Shown: positions 58,851-59,576 of the stretch, piece by piece
Layout: each line of letters opens with the position of its first letter
Numbering within the stretch: position 1 is the stretch's first letter
DNA from: Rhodoferax sp.
GTDB taxonomy: Bacteria; Pseudomonadota; Gammaproteobacteria; Burkholderiales; Burkholderiaceae_C
NCBI GenBank assembly: GCA_031418135.1
Contig: JANOWY010000029.1
Location: forward strand, 1-59,576
Direction: 5' to 3'
Length of the DNA: 59,576 nt
Position numbers and translations under genes: made by a program
The notes under the pieces: generated by a model
The model's input: only the letters and a program-made list of their open reading frames with translations
Told to the model about the DNA's origin: nothing
The model's database searches: none

Positions 58851-59177
58851 ACGCCATCAAACAGTTAACTTTTGACCAACTAATTGGGGCGTAAAGACGA
58901 TGGGATGGTTCTACACGCCAGACGGGGAGCCGTTGTTTCATGCGCTGTGCAAGCGGCGATTTGAGCCGCCGTCAGAAAACGGATCGTGCTTGCCAACGCC
59001 ACCCCCACAAACCGAAGCGCATGCAATGGGTTTTTCATCCCTGGCCAGCCCCGGCGACCTATTCTCCAATGCCCGCAACGACATCGGTTTCGCCCGAATT
59101 TCCAGACACAGACTCTGGCAACTGATTCAGCGGCGGCGTGATGGCCTGATGGCCGTAGCCCCGCCCGCACCCACGGT

Positions 59178-59576
59178 GCTTCAATCCACGCCCACCCTTG
59201 CGGGTGGGCGAATCGCTAATCGGGGAGCACCACACTGCCAGATTAAGGGTTTCAATCCGCGCCCGCCCTTGCGGGCGGGCGAATCAATGGGGTGCGAAAG
59301 ACCCGCTGGGCGGCAATTCGGTTTCAATCCGCGCCCGCCCTTGCGGGCGGGCGAATCTGTCGGGTGTCGATTTCCGCACTGGATTTTGATTGTTTCAATC
59401 CGCGCCCGCCCTTGCGGGCGGGCGAATCAGAATTTGGCCTCGGCGGCTTTGCCGAATTGGGCGTTTCAATCCGCGCCCGCCCTTGCGGGCGGGCGAATCT
59501 AGTCGAGCTCGCGTCATTTTGAAAAATGAGTCGTTTCAATCCGCGCCCGCCCTTGCGGGCGGGCGAATCGAAAGGC
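59178..59576 (-). CRISPR. CRISPR array, 37-nt repeat, 6 repeats and 5 full spacers in the window, truncated by the window end
   Basis: Repeat GTTTCAATCCGCGCCCGCCCTTGCGGGCGGGCGAATC starts at 59249, 59321, 59392, 59463 and 59533, with a degenerate copy at 59178. Spacers are 34, 35, 34, 34 and 33 nt and are all different. The strand is inferred from the ATTGAAAC 3' end on the reverse complement and from the decayed copy at the left end. Confidence 0.93.

Noticed and set aside
58900-59502. 200-aa plus-strand ORF (and 59198..59389, 59292..59522, 59324..59539) with a recurring peptide NPRPPLRAGES.
   Set aside because: The periodic peptide is simply the CRISPR repeat translated. Everything from 59178 onward is array, not coding sequence. 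Only the first ~92 codons are left as an open question (see findings).

Overview
High-GC (~60%) chromosomal segment whose gene content and protein sequences look betaproteobacterial, Burkholderiales/Comamonadaceae-like (the taxon is an inference). It holds about 55 protein genes, almost all core housekeeping. In order: dsbC (partial), a ubiH-family hydroxylase, a MOSC protein, ychF, dusB-fis-purH, a DUF3179 protein, hemL, a thiD-like kinase, then rubredoxin plus the Pil-Chp twitching-motility chemosensory cluster (pilG-pilH-pilI-pilJ-chpA, with ChpA at 2050 aa). Next come algH-ruvX-pyrR-pyrB-pyrC', a two-operon lipid-related cluster (PlsC-like acyltransferase, YnjC/YnjD/YnjF-like ABC transporter and CDP-alcohol phosphatidyltransferase, GDPD lipoprotein, class-V aminotransferase, AKR), rpoH, a CoA-transferase/Bug pair and a PAS-GGDEF-EAL protein. 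A complete aa3 cytochrome c oxidase and assembly supercluster follows (coxB-ctaD-ctaG-ctaE, SURF1-ctaA-ctaB-SCO plus small DUF genes), then comF, trmL, a MaoC dehydratase, an orphan parA and kefC. Non-coding highlights are (i) a CRISPR array (37-nt repeat) cut by the right window edge, with no cas genes in the window, (ii) three extreme AT-rich islands (~11-21% GC by hand count, 140-215 bp), each starting 0-25 nt after the stop codon of a plus-strand gene, and (iii) a dispersed REP-like repeat at two loci. I do not see a complete, clearly novel multi-gene system. The best candidates for follow-up are the AT islands, the CRISPR flank, and the uncharacterised Ynj-like lipid cluster. All homology statements come from reading the translations and motifs; no searches were run.
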